NCBI GenBank assembly: GCA_034520945.1 | Contig: JAXHNB010000008.1 | Coordinates: 96,001 to 160,000 of the forward strand | Length of the DNA: 64,000 bases | Origin: Trueperaceae bacterium | Lineage (GTDB): Bacteria; Deinococcota; Deinococci; Deinococcales; Trueperaceae | Direction of reading: 5' to 3' | Shown here: positions 51,691 through 61,657 of the stretch, one piece after another | How the letters are laid out: every line of letters begins with the position of its first letter | Numbering within the stretch: the first letter of the stretch is position 1 | The notes under the pieces: model-generated | Seen by the model: only the letters and a program-made list of their open reading frames with translations | Told to the model about the DNA's origin: nothing | Database searches by the model: none | Position numbers and translations under genes: made by a program

Positions 51691-51752
51691 TTGACGCTAC
51701 CCGTGAAACTAAAGCAAAATGTCGGCATGTCGCACCGAGATGCCGACATATT
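51691..51752 (+). promoter_or_regulatory. AbiEi promoter/operator
   Basis: TTGACG at 51691; inverted repeat atgtcggcat-N11-atgccgacat (51719-51749). Confidence 0.65.
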
Positions 51753-51780
51753 GCGTCACGCGTCTTCCGCAGGCACGCCC

Positions 51781-52386
51781 GTGTCCGCCGCGCGCGATCC
51801 CGTGGCCGCCTTGCGGGACGTCGGCATCACCGCGTTCTTCCGTCCTTCGCAGCTCCCCGAGGCGGGCTTGACGCGCAACCAATTGCCGGCTCTGTTGCGA
51901 TCCGGGCGGGTCGAGCGCGTCGCCCGCGGCCTGTACCGAATCGCCGACGCCGAAGCGACCGAGAACGACTCGCTCGCCATGGCCTGCGCGAGGGTGCCGA
52001 ACAGCGTGGTTTGCCTGCTCACGGCGCTGCGCGTCTACGAGATCGGCACTCAATCTCCGGCCGACGTATGGCTCGCGATCCGACACAAGGCTCGCGTGCC
52101 CCGCCTCCCTGAACTCCGGCTCCGCACGGTGCGCTTCAGCGGGCCTGCCTGGACCTTCGGCGTTCGGGAAACGCGCTTCGAAGGCGTCGCGGCCCGGATC
52201 ACCTCCCCCGCCCGCACCGTCGCCGACTGCTTCCGTTTCGAGCGTCTGGTGGGGGCCGAGGTCGCCCTGGAGGCCTTTCACGACGCGCTACGCCAGCGCA
52301 AGGTGACGATCGCGGAGCTGTCGCGCGTCGTGGAGGTCCTGCCTTCGCGACGTTTGAGCGCGGCGCTCGATGTGGTGGCGATGTGA
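51781..52386 (+). CDS. abiEi: Type IV TA antitoxin AbiEi (start may be 51727)
   Basis: VERVARGLY, VVCLLTAL..EIGTQSP..VWLAI, SPARTVADCFRF. Confidence 0.85.
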   Translation: MSAARDPVAALRDVGITAFFRPSQLPEAGLTRNQLPALLRSGRVERVARGLYRIADAEATENDSLAMACARVPNSVVCLLTALRVYEIGTQSPADVWLAIRHKARVPRLPELRLRTVRFSGPAWTFGVRETRFEGVAARITSPARTVADCFRFERLVGAEVALEAFHDALRQRKVTIAELSRVVEVLPSRRLSAALDVVAM

Positions 52387-52419
52387 GCCCCGACGTCGCT
52401 GTCGGCGCTTCCGCCGCGG

Positions 52420-52530
52420 TACCTGCCCGCCTACCCGCGGACGGTGTCGAAGGCGAAGAAGTTCGACGCGATGGTCCGGCTCGGCACCCGCACAAGTTGG
52501 ATGAAGTACTTCCACGACGTTCGCGGAGCT
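52420..52530 (+). pseudogene. AbiEii toxin remnant
   Basis: AYPRTVSKAKKFDAMVRLGTRTSWMKYFHDV resembles AYPxETVIAEKxxAMVxLGxxNSRMKDFYD. Confidence 0.65.
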
Positions 52531-52633
52531 TGAAGCCAGCGTAGCTTCATGCTTGCCGTGGTGATCGGTGGGCCACGCATCGAAACCGAAGCGGTCGCCT
52601 TGAACGTCTGTAGCCTATTGGTAGCCTACTTCA

Positions 52634-52740
52634 ATGTACACGGTCTTCCAGATGCGGGAGCTCACGGCCTGGCTGTCTGATCTCGACGATTGGCGCGGTC
52701 GAATGCGTATTGCGACTCGCCTTCGGCATGGAGAGGCGGG
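52634..52740 (+). pseudogene. RelE-type addiction-module toxin N-terminal remnant
   Basis: MYTVFQMRELTAWLSDLDDWRGRMRIATRLR; TAGCCT-N6-ATG; gtagccta direct repeat upstream. Confidence 0.6.
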
Positions 52741-52994
52741 GAGTCTCGGTGATTGGCAGTCCAACGAAGGCGAGGCCGCCGCAGAAGCATCGAACTAGAG
52801 GTGAGGCATCCACCGCGCCGTGATGGGAGCGAAAGGACTCTCGGTGTCAAATTCACCGCTCAGGCAGCGTAACCGAACGCGTCATGCCGTCTAACCCACC
52901 GGCCCAGCAAACGACGTCCGGCATGATGGGCATTGACCTCATTCCACCCAACCCCTTCATTCGGCAGCACAGGACGTTCGATGAGAGGTTCCAC

Positions 52995-53219
52995 ATGAAA
53001 ATCAAGGATCTGATCGATGAAGCAGGAGCCCTTCCTGTAGAAGAACGGGCGCTCATTGTCGATTCGCTCTTGCGGAGTCTCAATCCACCTGAATCCAGGA
53101 TCGACGAGAAATGGGCGTTGGTGGCGCAGAAACGTTTGAACGAGGTTCGGTCTGGAACGGTCGAGACGGTCCCGGGCGAAAGCGTGTTTGCGAGGATTTG
53201 GAACGACCGAACCCAGTAA
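52995..53219 (+). CDS. Addiction-module antitoxin (TIGR02574-like), orphan
   Basis: LIDEAGALPVEERALIVDSLLRSL..IDEKW..RL..VPGESVF. Confidence 0.8.
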   Translation: MKIKDLIDEAGALPVEERALIVDSLLRSLNPPESRIDEKWALVAQKRLNEVRSGTVETVPGESVFARIWNDRTQ

Positions 53220-53259
53220 GGTTCCGCCTGAGTGGGTGCGGGCCATGTGCACGAACGGG

Positions 53260-53577
53260 CCGAAAACGATGGACCTCGAGATTGAAGTTGGCAAGAAGGT
53301 GCGTGACGCTCTCGCCCGCCTGGTAGTGCTGATGCACCGGGGTGGCGCCGACGATTCGGCCGCAGGCAGGGCGCTGTTGTGTGACACGCAGCGCGTTCGG
53401 ATCGTCTTGCACCTGGAGCGGCCTGCCCTCCGGTCGAGGCTCCGCCCTGACTTGCCGAAATCCATGACGCCGCATGATGCGCTGCGGCGAGAGCTCACGT
53501 TCGTCGACGACCAGGCACGACACACGTGTCGTGGGACGGGGAACGTGCCATGGAGCGTGTCGCGCGCGCGTCGGTGA
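53260..53577 (+). pseudogene. C-terminal half of a paralog of the putative nuclease at 36183
   Basis: KTMDLEIEVGKKVRDALARLVVLMHRGGAD..IVLHLERPA..SRLRPDL..NVPWSVSRA. Confidence 0.8.
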
Positions 53578-53771
53578 CGGCAACGTAGCTCGCGTGGACA
53601 GAGATCACGTCCCGGTGGTTCACCGAGGAGGGGCCACGCAGCGCCCGCCGAGACGAATTGCTTATGGAAGTGCGGTTCGTGGTGCTTGCAGATAGGCCGG
53701 CGCTTGAACCCACATCCTGACGGGATCGGCGGCCATCGTCACGTCACTTGCTGTGGTACGCAGAACCCAAT

Positions 53772-56612
53772 ATGGAAACCAAACAGCATCGAGCCCTCGC
53801 AAAGCCGTTCGATCGCGTGTTCGCCACGGAGGACATGGCGATGAAGGTTCGCCCGATCGTGACGGCTCTCCTGGAGGAGATCGGGATTCGGGGCCCGCAC
53901 GATCCTAGGTTGGCGACGACGGTCTTTCGGGACAAGCTGCACGTCAACGTAGGCAACTGGCTGGTCGTAAGTCTGCTCAGTGACCGGCAAGGCCCGAGCG
54001 AGATCGGTCTTCTCTTCCGGCAGGACCACGGCCTTGCAGACTGGAGGGCTTCGAATCCCTTCGCCAACGACACCACTGAGCCGCCGGTCGTTCTGGCGTA
54101 CGTGCCGTACGAGGATCTCGAGGACCTTCGCGAGACGCGGAGCGAGGAGCTGTTCGGCGCTCTGCAGCAGGCCGCGCACGTGGCACGCCGTCGCTTCAGC
54201 GGTTGGTCCGGCAGTCCGTATAGACGTGCCCACGTTCCTTGGATGGCGGAGGGCTACTACGACGAGGCTCTCCTCGCAAGCCTGCTGCGTGAGGGCCTTC
54301 CAGATCAGGAGTCGGCACGGCTACACGTGACGCCGTCCGACACCTCTTGGGGACAGGAACGCGAGTCGCGCCAGCATCGGCTCGTTCCGACGTCGGTGGC
54401 GGACGACTCGTTCAATGCCACAGTGGCTCCGGCGATTCGCCGGGGGGACGTTCTCCTGCAGTTGGACGGTCGCAAGGCCCTCTCCGCGGCGCTGGTGCTT
54501 GGTGCGACCACGGCTGGTGATGCATGGGAACCGGGCCGTGAGCCCGGACAGACTGCGTCGCATGCCTTCGATGTGCGCGTACGAGGATTCCCGACGAGCA
54601 TCGATGTGGATCCGGCCGCTGTGCCGCTACCTTCGGAGGCGGGTGGCCGAGTCGCGTCAGGGTCCCACGAAGCGAACTCGACCTACGTCGTGCCTGACGG
54701 CCTCGCGGGGGCACTCCTCACGGAGGTTCTCGAAGGCGTACCCGAGCACCTACAGGACCTCGTAGCTTGGGTGAAGCAGGGCGTCGAGGCCCGCACGGAC
54801 GAGGTGGACGAGGCGCGGAGGGTGCTTCCCCCCGGGCCGATCACCGATCGCTTGCGCAGCGGCGACGTCCGTGTCGTCAAGATCGCCCCAGGTCGCGGAG
54901 GGGTCCTGTGGCAGGAGTTCGTCGAGGCGGGCATCGCCGCCGTGGGCTGGGACGATGTCGGGGATCTCCGCGCCTACGCGGACTTCGACGCATTCCGGAC
55001 GGCGTTCCGGGAGCGCTACCCGTATGGCGGAAGCCTACCGGCTTCGACGAAGAAGGCTCGCGAGGTCTGGACGCTGCGGGAGCTGAAACCTGGCGATCTG
55101 GTGGTCGCGAACCGAGGAATCGGCGAGGTCCTGGGTATCGGCGAGGTGATCCAGCCGGCCTACGGGTGGCGCGACGATCGGGGCGAGTACCGTCACACAG
55201 TTCGGGTCCGATGGGACGAGCGCTACCAGACGAAAATTCCTCCCCAACGGTACTGGGCGGTCGTCACGGTCCTGGACCTCGAGCCCGACGCGCTCCTTCG
55301 GCTTCTTCAGGCCGACCCCGAAGGCATCGGCGATTCGCCGGCGCAGCGCGTCCGGCTCTTGAAGGTCCCATCGAGCAAGGCGCGCCTTCGCGAGTTCGTC
55401 GGCGACGGTGCTACCGGCGACCGGGTCTCGTTGCCCGTCGGAGAACACGAAGGCAATGCCGATCTGGAGAAGGGCGACGTGCTGGTGCTCTGGCAATCGG
55501 GGGACGACGACGGCCTGCATGGGTTGGGCGAGGTGCTCTCCTCCCCGCAAGAGGATCCAGACGACCCGGAGGGTTCCCGCACGGTCGACGTTCGGATCAC
55601 GGGCGCGTTGGCCGAGCCGATTCCGAGCCGAGACGTCGCCGAGGACCATGCGCTGTCGGGCCTCGAGGTCCTGCAAGCACCGAGTCGCTCCGTATTCGTC
55701 GTCGAGGCACCCGAGTGGGAAGCCCTGGGGTTTCTCCTGTCAGGTGACGTTCCCCCAAGCGAGGATCGTCAGCCCGGCTACGACGTTCAAGACGTGGTCG
55801 AGGCGACCGGCCTGCCGAACGACATGCTCGAACGCTGGATTCGTTCGATCCATCGCAAAGGCCAGGCGATCCTCTATGGGCCTCCCGGGACCGGCAAGAC
55901 GTACGTAGCCAAGGAGCTCGCCAAGCACTTGGTGGCCGGTACGGACGGCTTCGTTCAGGTCTTGCAGTTCCACGCCGCCACCGCCTACGAGGACTTCATC
56001 CAGGGCCTCCGGCCCGAGATCGACGCAAGCGGGAACCTTTCCTACGTGCTGGCGCCGGGAGGCTTCCTGCGATTCGTTCGGGAAGCGCGGGGGCGCCGTG
56101 GCGTGAGTGTTCTGATCCTGGACGAGATCAACCGCGCCGATCTGGCCCGCGTCTTCGGTGAGCTGATGTATCTGCTCGAATACCGTGACGAGACCGTCGC
56201 GTTGGCGGCTGGCGGCAAGAAGCTGTCCGTGCCGAAGAACGTCCGCATCCTGGGCACCATGAACACGGCGGATCGTTCCGTAGCCCTCGTCGACCACGCG
56301 CTCCGGCGGCGTTTCGCCTTCCTGCGGCTACAGCCCGATTTGGAACTCCTGCGGAACTGGCATCGTGGCAAGGCCGGAGAACGGTTGGCCGACCGGCTTA
56401 CCGACGAGCTGGCGCGCCTGCATAGGCGCATCGACGATCCGCACCTCGCCCTTGGGATCAGCTACTTCCTCGTGGAGGATCTGCCCATGCATCTCCCGGA
56501 CATCTGGCGCATGGAGATCGAGCCCTACCTCGAGGAGCTCTTCTTCGATGAGGCGGATCCGCTCGGCGAGTTCGTTTGGGAGGCGCTGGCCGTGCGTCTG
56601 GACCTCGCGTGA
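53772..56612 (+). CDS. mcrB: McrB-family AAA+ GTPase with multiple N-terminal EVE/PUA-like domains
   Basis: GPPGTGKT, QFH...YEDFIQG, ILDEINR, GTMNTADRS, DHALRRRF. Confidence 0.92.
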   Translation: METKQHRALAKPFDRVFATEDMAMKVRPIVTALLEEIGIRGPHDPRLATTVFRDKLHVNVGNWLVVSLLSDRQGPSEIGLLFRQDHGLADWRASNPFANDTTEPPVVLAYVPYEDLEDLRETRSEELFGALQQAAHVARRRFSGWSGSPYRRAHVPWMAEGYYDEALLASLLREGLPDQESARLHVTPSDTSWGQERESRQHRLVPTSVADDSFNATVAPAIRRGDVLLQLDGRKALSAALVLGATTAGDAWEPGREPGQTASHAFDVRVRGFPTSIDVDPAAVPLPSEAGGRVASGSHEANSTYVVPDGLAGALLTEVLEGVPEHLQDLVAWVKQGVEARTDEVDEARRVLPPGPITDRLRSGDVRVVKIAPGRGGVLWQEFVEAGIAAVGWDDVGDLRAYADFDAFRTAFRERYPYGGSLPASTKKAREVWTLRELKPGDLVVANRGIGEVLGIGEVIQPAYGWRDDRGEYRHTVRVRWDERYQTKIPPQRYWAVVTVLDLEPDALLRLLQADPEGIGDSPAQRVRLLKVPSSKARLREFVGDGATGDRVSLPVGEHEGNADLEKGDVLVLWQSGDDDGLHGLGEVLSSPQEDPDDPEGSRTVDVRITGALAEPIPSRDVAEDHALSGLEVLQAPSRSVFVVEAPEWEALGFLLSGDVPPSEDRQPGYDVQDVVEATGLPNDMLERWIRSIHRKGQAILYGPPGTGKTYVAKELAKHLVAGTDGFVQVLQFHAATAYEDFIQGLRPEIDASGNLSYVLAPGGFLRFVREARGRRGVSVLILDEINRADLARVFGELMYLLEYRDETVALAAGGKKLSVPKNVRILGTMNTADRSVALVDHALRRRFAFLRLQPDLELLRNWHRGKAGERLADRLTDELARLHRRIDDPHLALGISYFLVEDLPMHLPDIWRMEIEPYLEELFFDEADPLGEFVWEALAVRLDLA

Positions 56613-57865
56613 CCAACGGTTGGTTGCAGCTCGCTGAGCACGAGACGCTCGACATCCCGGAGTTCCCACTCGGTGCTGGCGAGGAGTTGTGGAATCGCTA
56701 CGCCCGTACGGGGGCGGGTCTGGACATCGAGTTCCCGTCGCCCCGAACGGGTGGGGCGTGGCGGATCACCAGTCGTGGCGTCGTGGGTGCGTTTCCACTT
56801 CGAGATGGAGGCGGCGTACGCGTCGTGCCGAAAGTGCCGATCGCCAACCTGCTTAGGATGATCGAGGTGGCCCAAGACGTATCCGTGCGAGAGCTCGCCG
56901 GGCAGGTCTCGGTCGCGTCGGTCGATGATCTCTTCGACCGGCTCATCGCTGCGCTCGCCACAGGCGTCCGGCGACGCCTACGTCGGGGCCTTTTGAAGGC
57001 GTACGTCTCACGCGACGACCGCCTCCCGTACCTGCGGGGAAGGCTCGACGTTCGGCGGCATGTCCGTAGCGGCGCACATACCGTCTTTGACGTGAGCTTC
57101 CAAGAGCCGTCCGTCGACCACCATGACAATCAGGTTCTCTTGGCGACGCTCGCGCGCGTCGTCCGGTCGCCACTCCTACGCAGCGAAACGCGAGCGTCGG
57201 TTCGGAAGGCGCTGCGCGCCCTCTCGACCGATGTGTCGCTGGTTCCCGTGGCAGCCCAAGACGCCGTCCGCGGGCCGTACCATCGCCTTCGCAGGGACTA
57301 CCTGCGGTTGCACAGATTGTGCCGGTTCCTCCTCGGGCACAGCGGACCGATGGTCCAGGAGGGGACCTACGTGACGACCCCGTTCCTGGTGGACATGCCG
57401 AGCCTCTTCGAGACGTGCGTGGCGCGCGGCCTGGAGGAGGCGCTCCCGCGCGGCTTGCGTGTCGCGCGGCATGTCCGCGAGCGTCTCGATCCTGCTGGGC
57501 GTGTCGTCTTCGATGTCGACCTCGTGCTGCAGGAAGCGTGGTCGGGGCGGCCGCTCATCGTGCTGGACACCAAGTACAAGGATCACGACGCGCCCAGTGC
57601 TGCCGATGTTCAACAGGTCGTCGCCTATGCTGCGGCACTAGGCTGCGAGGAAGCCGCACTGGTGTACCCGACCGAGCATACGTTCGCGCCGGCGCGGGCA
57701 GGGGAGATCGTCGTTCGCCGGCTGGGGGTGCCGCTCGACGGTGATGTGGGCGTGGCCTTTCGTGAGCTTGCCGCAACGCTCGTCATGTACGCCGGAGCTG
57801 AGCACGTAGACATCCGCGCCGAGGATGGGACCCGCCGCTACGGCGTGGGCCATGCGTCAACGTAG
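56609..57865 (+). CDS. mcrC: McrC-family PD-(D/E)XK nuclease
   Basis: VVPKVPIANL, LRGRLD, FLVDMPSLFE, DLVL..VLDTKYK..DVQQVVAYA; GTGA overlap with mcrB. Confidence 0.9.
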   Translation: MTNGWLQLAEHETLDIPEFPLGAGEELWNRYARTGAGLDIEFPSPRTGGAWRITSRGVVGAFPLRDGGGVRVVPKVPIANLLRMIEVAQDVSVRELAGQVSVASVDDLFDRLIAALATGVRRRLRRGLLKAYVSRDDRLPYLRGRLDVRRHVRSGAHTVFDVSFQEPSVDHHDNQVLLATLARVVRSPLLRSETRASVRKALRALSTDVSLVPVAAQDAVRGPYHRLRRDYLRLHRLCRFLLGHSGPMVQEGTYVTTPFLVDMPSLFETCVARGLEEALPRGLRVARHVRERLDPAGRVVFDVDLVLQEAWSGRPLIVLDTKYKDHDAPSAADVQQVVAYAAALGCEEAALVYPTEHTFAPARAGEIVVRRLGVPLDGDVGVAFRELAATLVMYAGAEHVDIRAEDGTRRYGVGHAST

Positions 57866-58128
57866 GTGACCGTCCCGATCGCCGCGTCGTCGTGCAAGGT
57901 GATCTCCACGGTCGTGTCGAAGTCGCTCCCTTCGAAGCTTTGGAGCGACGCAGCGCCATGGTTGTCGACGGGTCCGACGAAGACCGCGGCCTGCTGCCGG
58001 TCGTAGAGGCGGTCGATGATCTCGTCCTGATCGGCGGGAATATCGACCTCGGACGCGAACGCGATCCCGATCGCGCGACCGTCGTCGATCTCGGCCACGG
58101 ACGCGCTCTCCGCGAGCTCGCGCCGCAA
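57838..58128 (-). other. Possible gene fragment (acidic ORF of unknown family)
   Basis: Protein-like composition (IDDGRAIGIAFASEVDIPADQDEIIDRLY); no recognised motif. Confidence 0.3.
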
Positions 58129-58565
58129 TCGCGAACGCCCCCGCGGAGTTCGGCATCGGCGTCACGCAAGGCCTGAGAATGGCCCGACCTGCCGTGCATG
58201 AGTTCTCGTTCGTGCAAACGCGGCGTAGCACAAGTTTGTAAGCGCGGCACGGCGGGCACGCGCACGCCTATCTCGAACGATCAGGCGTTCGTGTGCGCGT
58301 TGCTGGGGGTGACGTCGGATTGTGGGGAGTGGCGTACGGGCGTCCTGAACGAAGCGGTGGCCGATCGGCAACATCGTGCCGGTGGACGGCGAACCGTTGG
58401 CCGAGTCGATGATCGCGTACGGCTCGGGCGTTACCCCGCTGCACAGGTACGAACTGAAGCGCATCGATCAGGACGATTTCGAGGAGCTGTAGAACGCCGC
58501 CTCGTCGTGCCGGCTATTGCGGCCGGGGCCCACGGCAACGACGCTCCGCGCATTGTCCCCGCTCA

Positions 58566-58668
58566 GCGTGCGAAGCGCCGTTCAACCTGCCCGAGTGGGC
58601 ATCACAAGCATTGCAGAATGCCGAACCACTGGCGTCACGCGTTCGGCAGCAGCCTAGGGGAAGCGAGA
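58566..58668. repeat. ~100 bp dispersed repeat, copy 2
   Basis: Matches 6511-6612. Confidence 0.85.
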
Positions 58669-58813
58669 CGAAAGCCGTGAGGGGCGAGGTCGCGGTAGGG
58701 CGAAAGACGTTGGCAGGGAGCGTGCCCGTTGGGTCGAAGTCGCTTGGTTCGATTCTGGAGATCCGGAAGGGGGAGAGGAAGAGCCGTTCGGCCAGACCGG
58801 CCTGGTCGAGGCC

Positions 58814-58951
58814 CTAGCGCCTGCGAATCTCGGCGAGCCGGTGTGCGCGGACCCTGGCGAGGGCGTCCTTCTTGTACTGCTGTATGCGGCGTTCGCTGAG
58901 GCCCTGGCTCTGTACGGTTTCGCCGCGGACGTCCTTCCACCTGTGTGGCAT
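58814..58951 (-). pseudogene. Truncated XRE antitoxin N-terminus
   Basis: MPHRWKDVRGE..ARVRAHRLAEIRRR*, stopping before the HTH. Confidence 0.55.
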
Positions 58952-59052
58952 GGTTCGCTCCGTTCCCTGGAGTACTCGCCGTCCCGTCGTTCCGCGTGCG
59001 GGTGAACCGCTCGGAGTCGTGCGCCGTGAAGCGGCAGTCAGGCACGCGTGGC

Positions 59053-59406
59053 TCAGTGGGCGCCCTTCGCATCGTCGGCGCGTAGGTTGGCCTGGCCGGC
59101 GCCCAGCGGGATGCCGCGTTCGATTTCTTCGCCTGCTGCGTCCTTGGCGAGGGTCAGGTCGTAGTGGTTCTGGAGGTTGAGCCAGAACTCGGGGCTGGTG
59201 CCGAAGAAGCGGCCGAGCCTGAGGGCGCTGTCGGCAGAGATGCGTCGCTTGCCGAGGACGATGGCGTTGACGCGTGGGGCGGGCACGCCGATCCGCTTGG
59301 CGAGTTCGTACTGGGAGAGACCGTACTCGTCGAGGAACTCGTCCTTGAGGATTTCGCCGGGATGGACGGGTGGGATGTCTCGTGGGGTCGTGCGATTTGG
59401 GCTCAT
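59053..59406 (-). CDS. higA: HigA antitoxin
   Basis: PVHPGEILKDEFL..LSQYELA..ISADSALRLGRFFGTSPEFWLNLQ..YDL. Confidence 0.93.
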   Translation of the reverse strand: MSPNRTTPRDIPPVHPGEILKDEFLDEYGLSQYELAKRIGVPAPRVNAIVLGKRRISADSALRLGRFFGTSPEFWLNLQNHYDLTLAKDAAGEEIERGIPLGAGQANLRADDAKGAH

Positions 59407-59434
59407 GGTTCCTCCTGGACATAGGCAAGGAAGG

Positions 59435-59716
59435 TCAATGGTAGTCGTTGATCGTCACGTCGTGCGCATTGCCGTCGTCCCAGCGAAAGCAGACACGCCA
59501 TTGGTCGTTGATGCGAATACTGTGCTGGCCCTGCCTCTTGCCCCTGAGTGCTTCGAGTCGGTTGCTAGGTGGGCTACGAAGGTCATCGAGGTTGGTGGCG
59601 GCGTGCAACAGTAGCAGCTTCTTGTGGGCGCGTCGTTGAATGTCGGTGGGGAGGCGCCGAGAGTGAATGCCGTGAAAGAGGCGTTCGGTTTCGGCGTCGG
59701 CGAACGACGCGATCAC
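59435..59716 (-). CDS. higB: HigB toxin
   Basis: IASFADAETERLF..DLRSPPSNRLEAL..SIRINDQWRVCFRW..DYH; inverted repeat cataacgc..gcgttatg upstream. Confidence 0.93.
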   Translation of the reverse strand: MIASFADAETERLFHGIHSRRLPTDIQRRAHKKLLLLHAATNLDDLRSPPSNRLEALRGKRQGQHSIRINDQWRVCFRWDDGNAHDVTINDYH

Positions 59717-60388
59717 GTCCCAAGCATAACGCGTCGCGTTTATAATGTCCAGCGTTATGAATCGTTGTCGGTGCCTACATGGACTCTCTGGGTTCTACGA
59801 ACCTGCCGTCGTAGCATGAGCGGCCGAAGCGGTCGTTCCTGGCGTGGCACAACGAAAACGGGTTCGAGGCGGGCGGGTGTGCTCGGGCCGGCCGTCGCGT
59901 CGGCGTCACGCCGGGGCCCAGAGTCGTCCGGTGCGAGGCATGTTGCGCACGCCATTTGGCGTGTCTGGAGCGACGATTCGTACGCCGAGAGCGACCGCGG
60001 CGGTAGGCCCGTTCGCATCGTCAAGGACACGATGCGCAGGCGCTCGATGCGCTCTGGCTGGGCACCCACCCAAAACCGTCCGGCCAGCGCCCCGCATACC
60101 CATCCAGGTGCGACGCGCCGGTCGGCCGGGGCTCGGAGGGTGGCGGCACGGTCCCCGCATGAATGCGCGTGCCTTTTCATCCGAGCGGTGCCTCGTCAGG
60201 CAGGGTCAGCATGTCGCACGCGGCGGCGGCTGACATCCGGTACTGCGACGCCTCCCAAGATGGTGCCGGCAATGGCCGAGGGCACGGGGGCATCGGACGG
60301 GGTGGTCACGCCCGGCGCCGGAACATCGGCGGCAGGGGACGCGCCCGCGTACGGGAAGACCAACCGAGACCGGGCGGTACCATGCCCC

Positions 60389-60751
60389 ATGCCCGACCCC
60401 GGCGATGCCTCGATCCACGACCTGACCGCCCAAATCCTCGCCTTCCGTGAGGCCCGCGACTGGGCGCAGTTCCACGGCCTCAAGGACGAGGTGCTGTCGC
60501 TCCTGAGCGAGGCGGGCGAGCTGGCGGAGCATTTCCGCTGGTACGAGGGCGAGCGGCTCCAGGTCCACGTGCAGGGCCGCAAGGAGGACGTCGGCGACGA
60601 ACTCGCGGACGTACTGTACTGGACCCTCCTCCTCGCACATGACGTGGGCGTGGATCTGGCCGATGCGTTCGAGCGCAAGATGGTGAAGAACGAGCGGAAG
60701 TACCCCGTGGGGGCGGCACGGGGCCGTGCGGACAAGTACACGGACCTCTGA
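60389..60751 (+). CDS. MazG-like nucleotide pyrophosphohydrolase
   Basis: FREARDWAQFH, EAGELAEHF.W, DELADV, KNERKYP..KYTDL. Confidence 0.9.
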   Translation: MPDPGDASIHDLTAQILAFREARDWAQFHGLKDEVLSLLSEAGELAEHFRWYEGERLQVHVQGRKEDVGDELADVLYWTLLLAHDVGVDLADAFERKMVKNERKYPVGAARGRADKYTDL

Positions 60752-60790
60752 TCCGTGGGCATGTCAGGCTGAGTGTGGAGGTCCGCATCA

Positions 60791-60875
60791 GTGCAGCTCT
60801 ACGTCGGTAGCTCGACCCAATTCATGGAGGACGCGTTTCTCGGGTCGATCAGCCAGAAGCTCAAACGTGCCCCAT
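60791..60875 (+). pseudogene. DUF2075-like protein N-terminal stub
   Basis: VQLYVGSSTQFMEDAFLGSISQKLKRA directly after mazG; resembles DUF2075-protein N-termini. Confidence 0.5.
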
Positions 60876-60997
60876 TAGCCAAACTGGTGTTGACCCAATG
60901 TTGTGACCCGACGGTGCCGCCGCGTGGACCGCTTTGCCGGTCACTCCCTTCTCTGGGTACGCGCGGTGCGGATGGCCGGCCATATGCGCTTTCGAAT

Positions 60998-61657
60998 CTA
61001 CCGTTGAGGTTCTAGTTCGCGGAGGAGGCCCCTGAAGCAACGCCTGCTCGCAATACGACGAAACTGCCGTAACCGCGCGTTGAAGCGGCACGCGCCGAGG
61101 CGTTGGCCACAGCCGCATGGGCAAGGGAGCTTGTTTGCTCTGCGCTTCTTCATGCCGAGGTACTTGAGAGCCCTCCACGCTTGCTCGCCGTCGTCCAGTC
61201 CCATCATGTCTGCATAGTCGTTGAGGGCGCCCGCTGTCCCATGAGGCAGCTCACCGAATGCGAATGGGCCACCATTCTTCAGTTTCACCGAGGTAGCGAA
61301 CAGGTACGGAACGAGGCAGTTCGCCGCGTAGCCTGACAGAGTCGGCTGTCGGTCCAGTTCGCACAGTAGGCGAAGGGGCGAGCCAAGGCACAGCGAGCCA
61401 TCGCTGTTGACGTGGTACTCACCCGTTGCGGGAATCCTTCCGCCCGTCTCGAAGGTGATGGGTAGGTCACGGGGGAAGTTGTCAGGTACTCGAATCTTGA
61501 GCCGGAACGTCTCGGACATTCGCGCGCCGTCGTCCGCGAGCGCCACGAAGTCGAAGTGGCCTACCAGCGTGAGCCCAGGTCGGTGTACTGGCCTGATTGC
61601 CATACGTGGGTACGTACGGAGGAAGCGACTGAGGCCAATGTCGTTGGCTTCGGTCAC
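60998..61657 (-). CDS. E2 ubiquitin-conjugating-like protein with C-terminal SEC-C-like Zn knuckle (CBASS accessory)
   Basis: IRVPDNFPRDLP.TFE, HVNSDGSLCLG, ELPHG, CPCGCGQRLGAC; GTGA overlap with the CD-NTase stop. Confidence 0.8.
   Translation of the reverse strand: MTEANDIGLSRFLRTYPRMAIRPVHRPGLTLVGHFDFVALADDGARMSETFRLKIRVPDNFPRDLPITFETGGRIPATGEYHVNSDGSLCLGSPLRLLCELDRQPTLSGYAANCLVPYLFATSVKLKNGGPFAFGELPHGTAGALNDYADMMGLDDGEQAWRALKYLGMKKRRANKLPCPCGCGQRLGACRFNARLRQFRRIASRRCFRGLLRELEPQR

Noticed and set aside
51502..52386. Apparent transposase-AbiEi fusion ORF
   Set aside because: The IS4 remnant is in frame by chance; AbiEi has its own promoter and operator at 51691-51752
52885..52985. attC-like half sites (gtctaac, acccaac) suggesting an integron cassette array
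   Set aside because: No matching GTTRRRY end with a paired stem and no integron integrase in the window; an IntegronFinder CALIN search would settle it
53772..57865. CoCoNuT-type McrBC variant
   Set aside because: McrC is of standard size and no coiled-coil or helicase partner gene is adjacent
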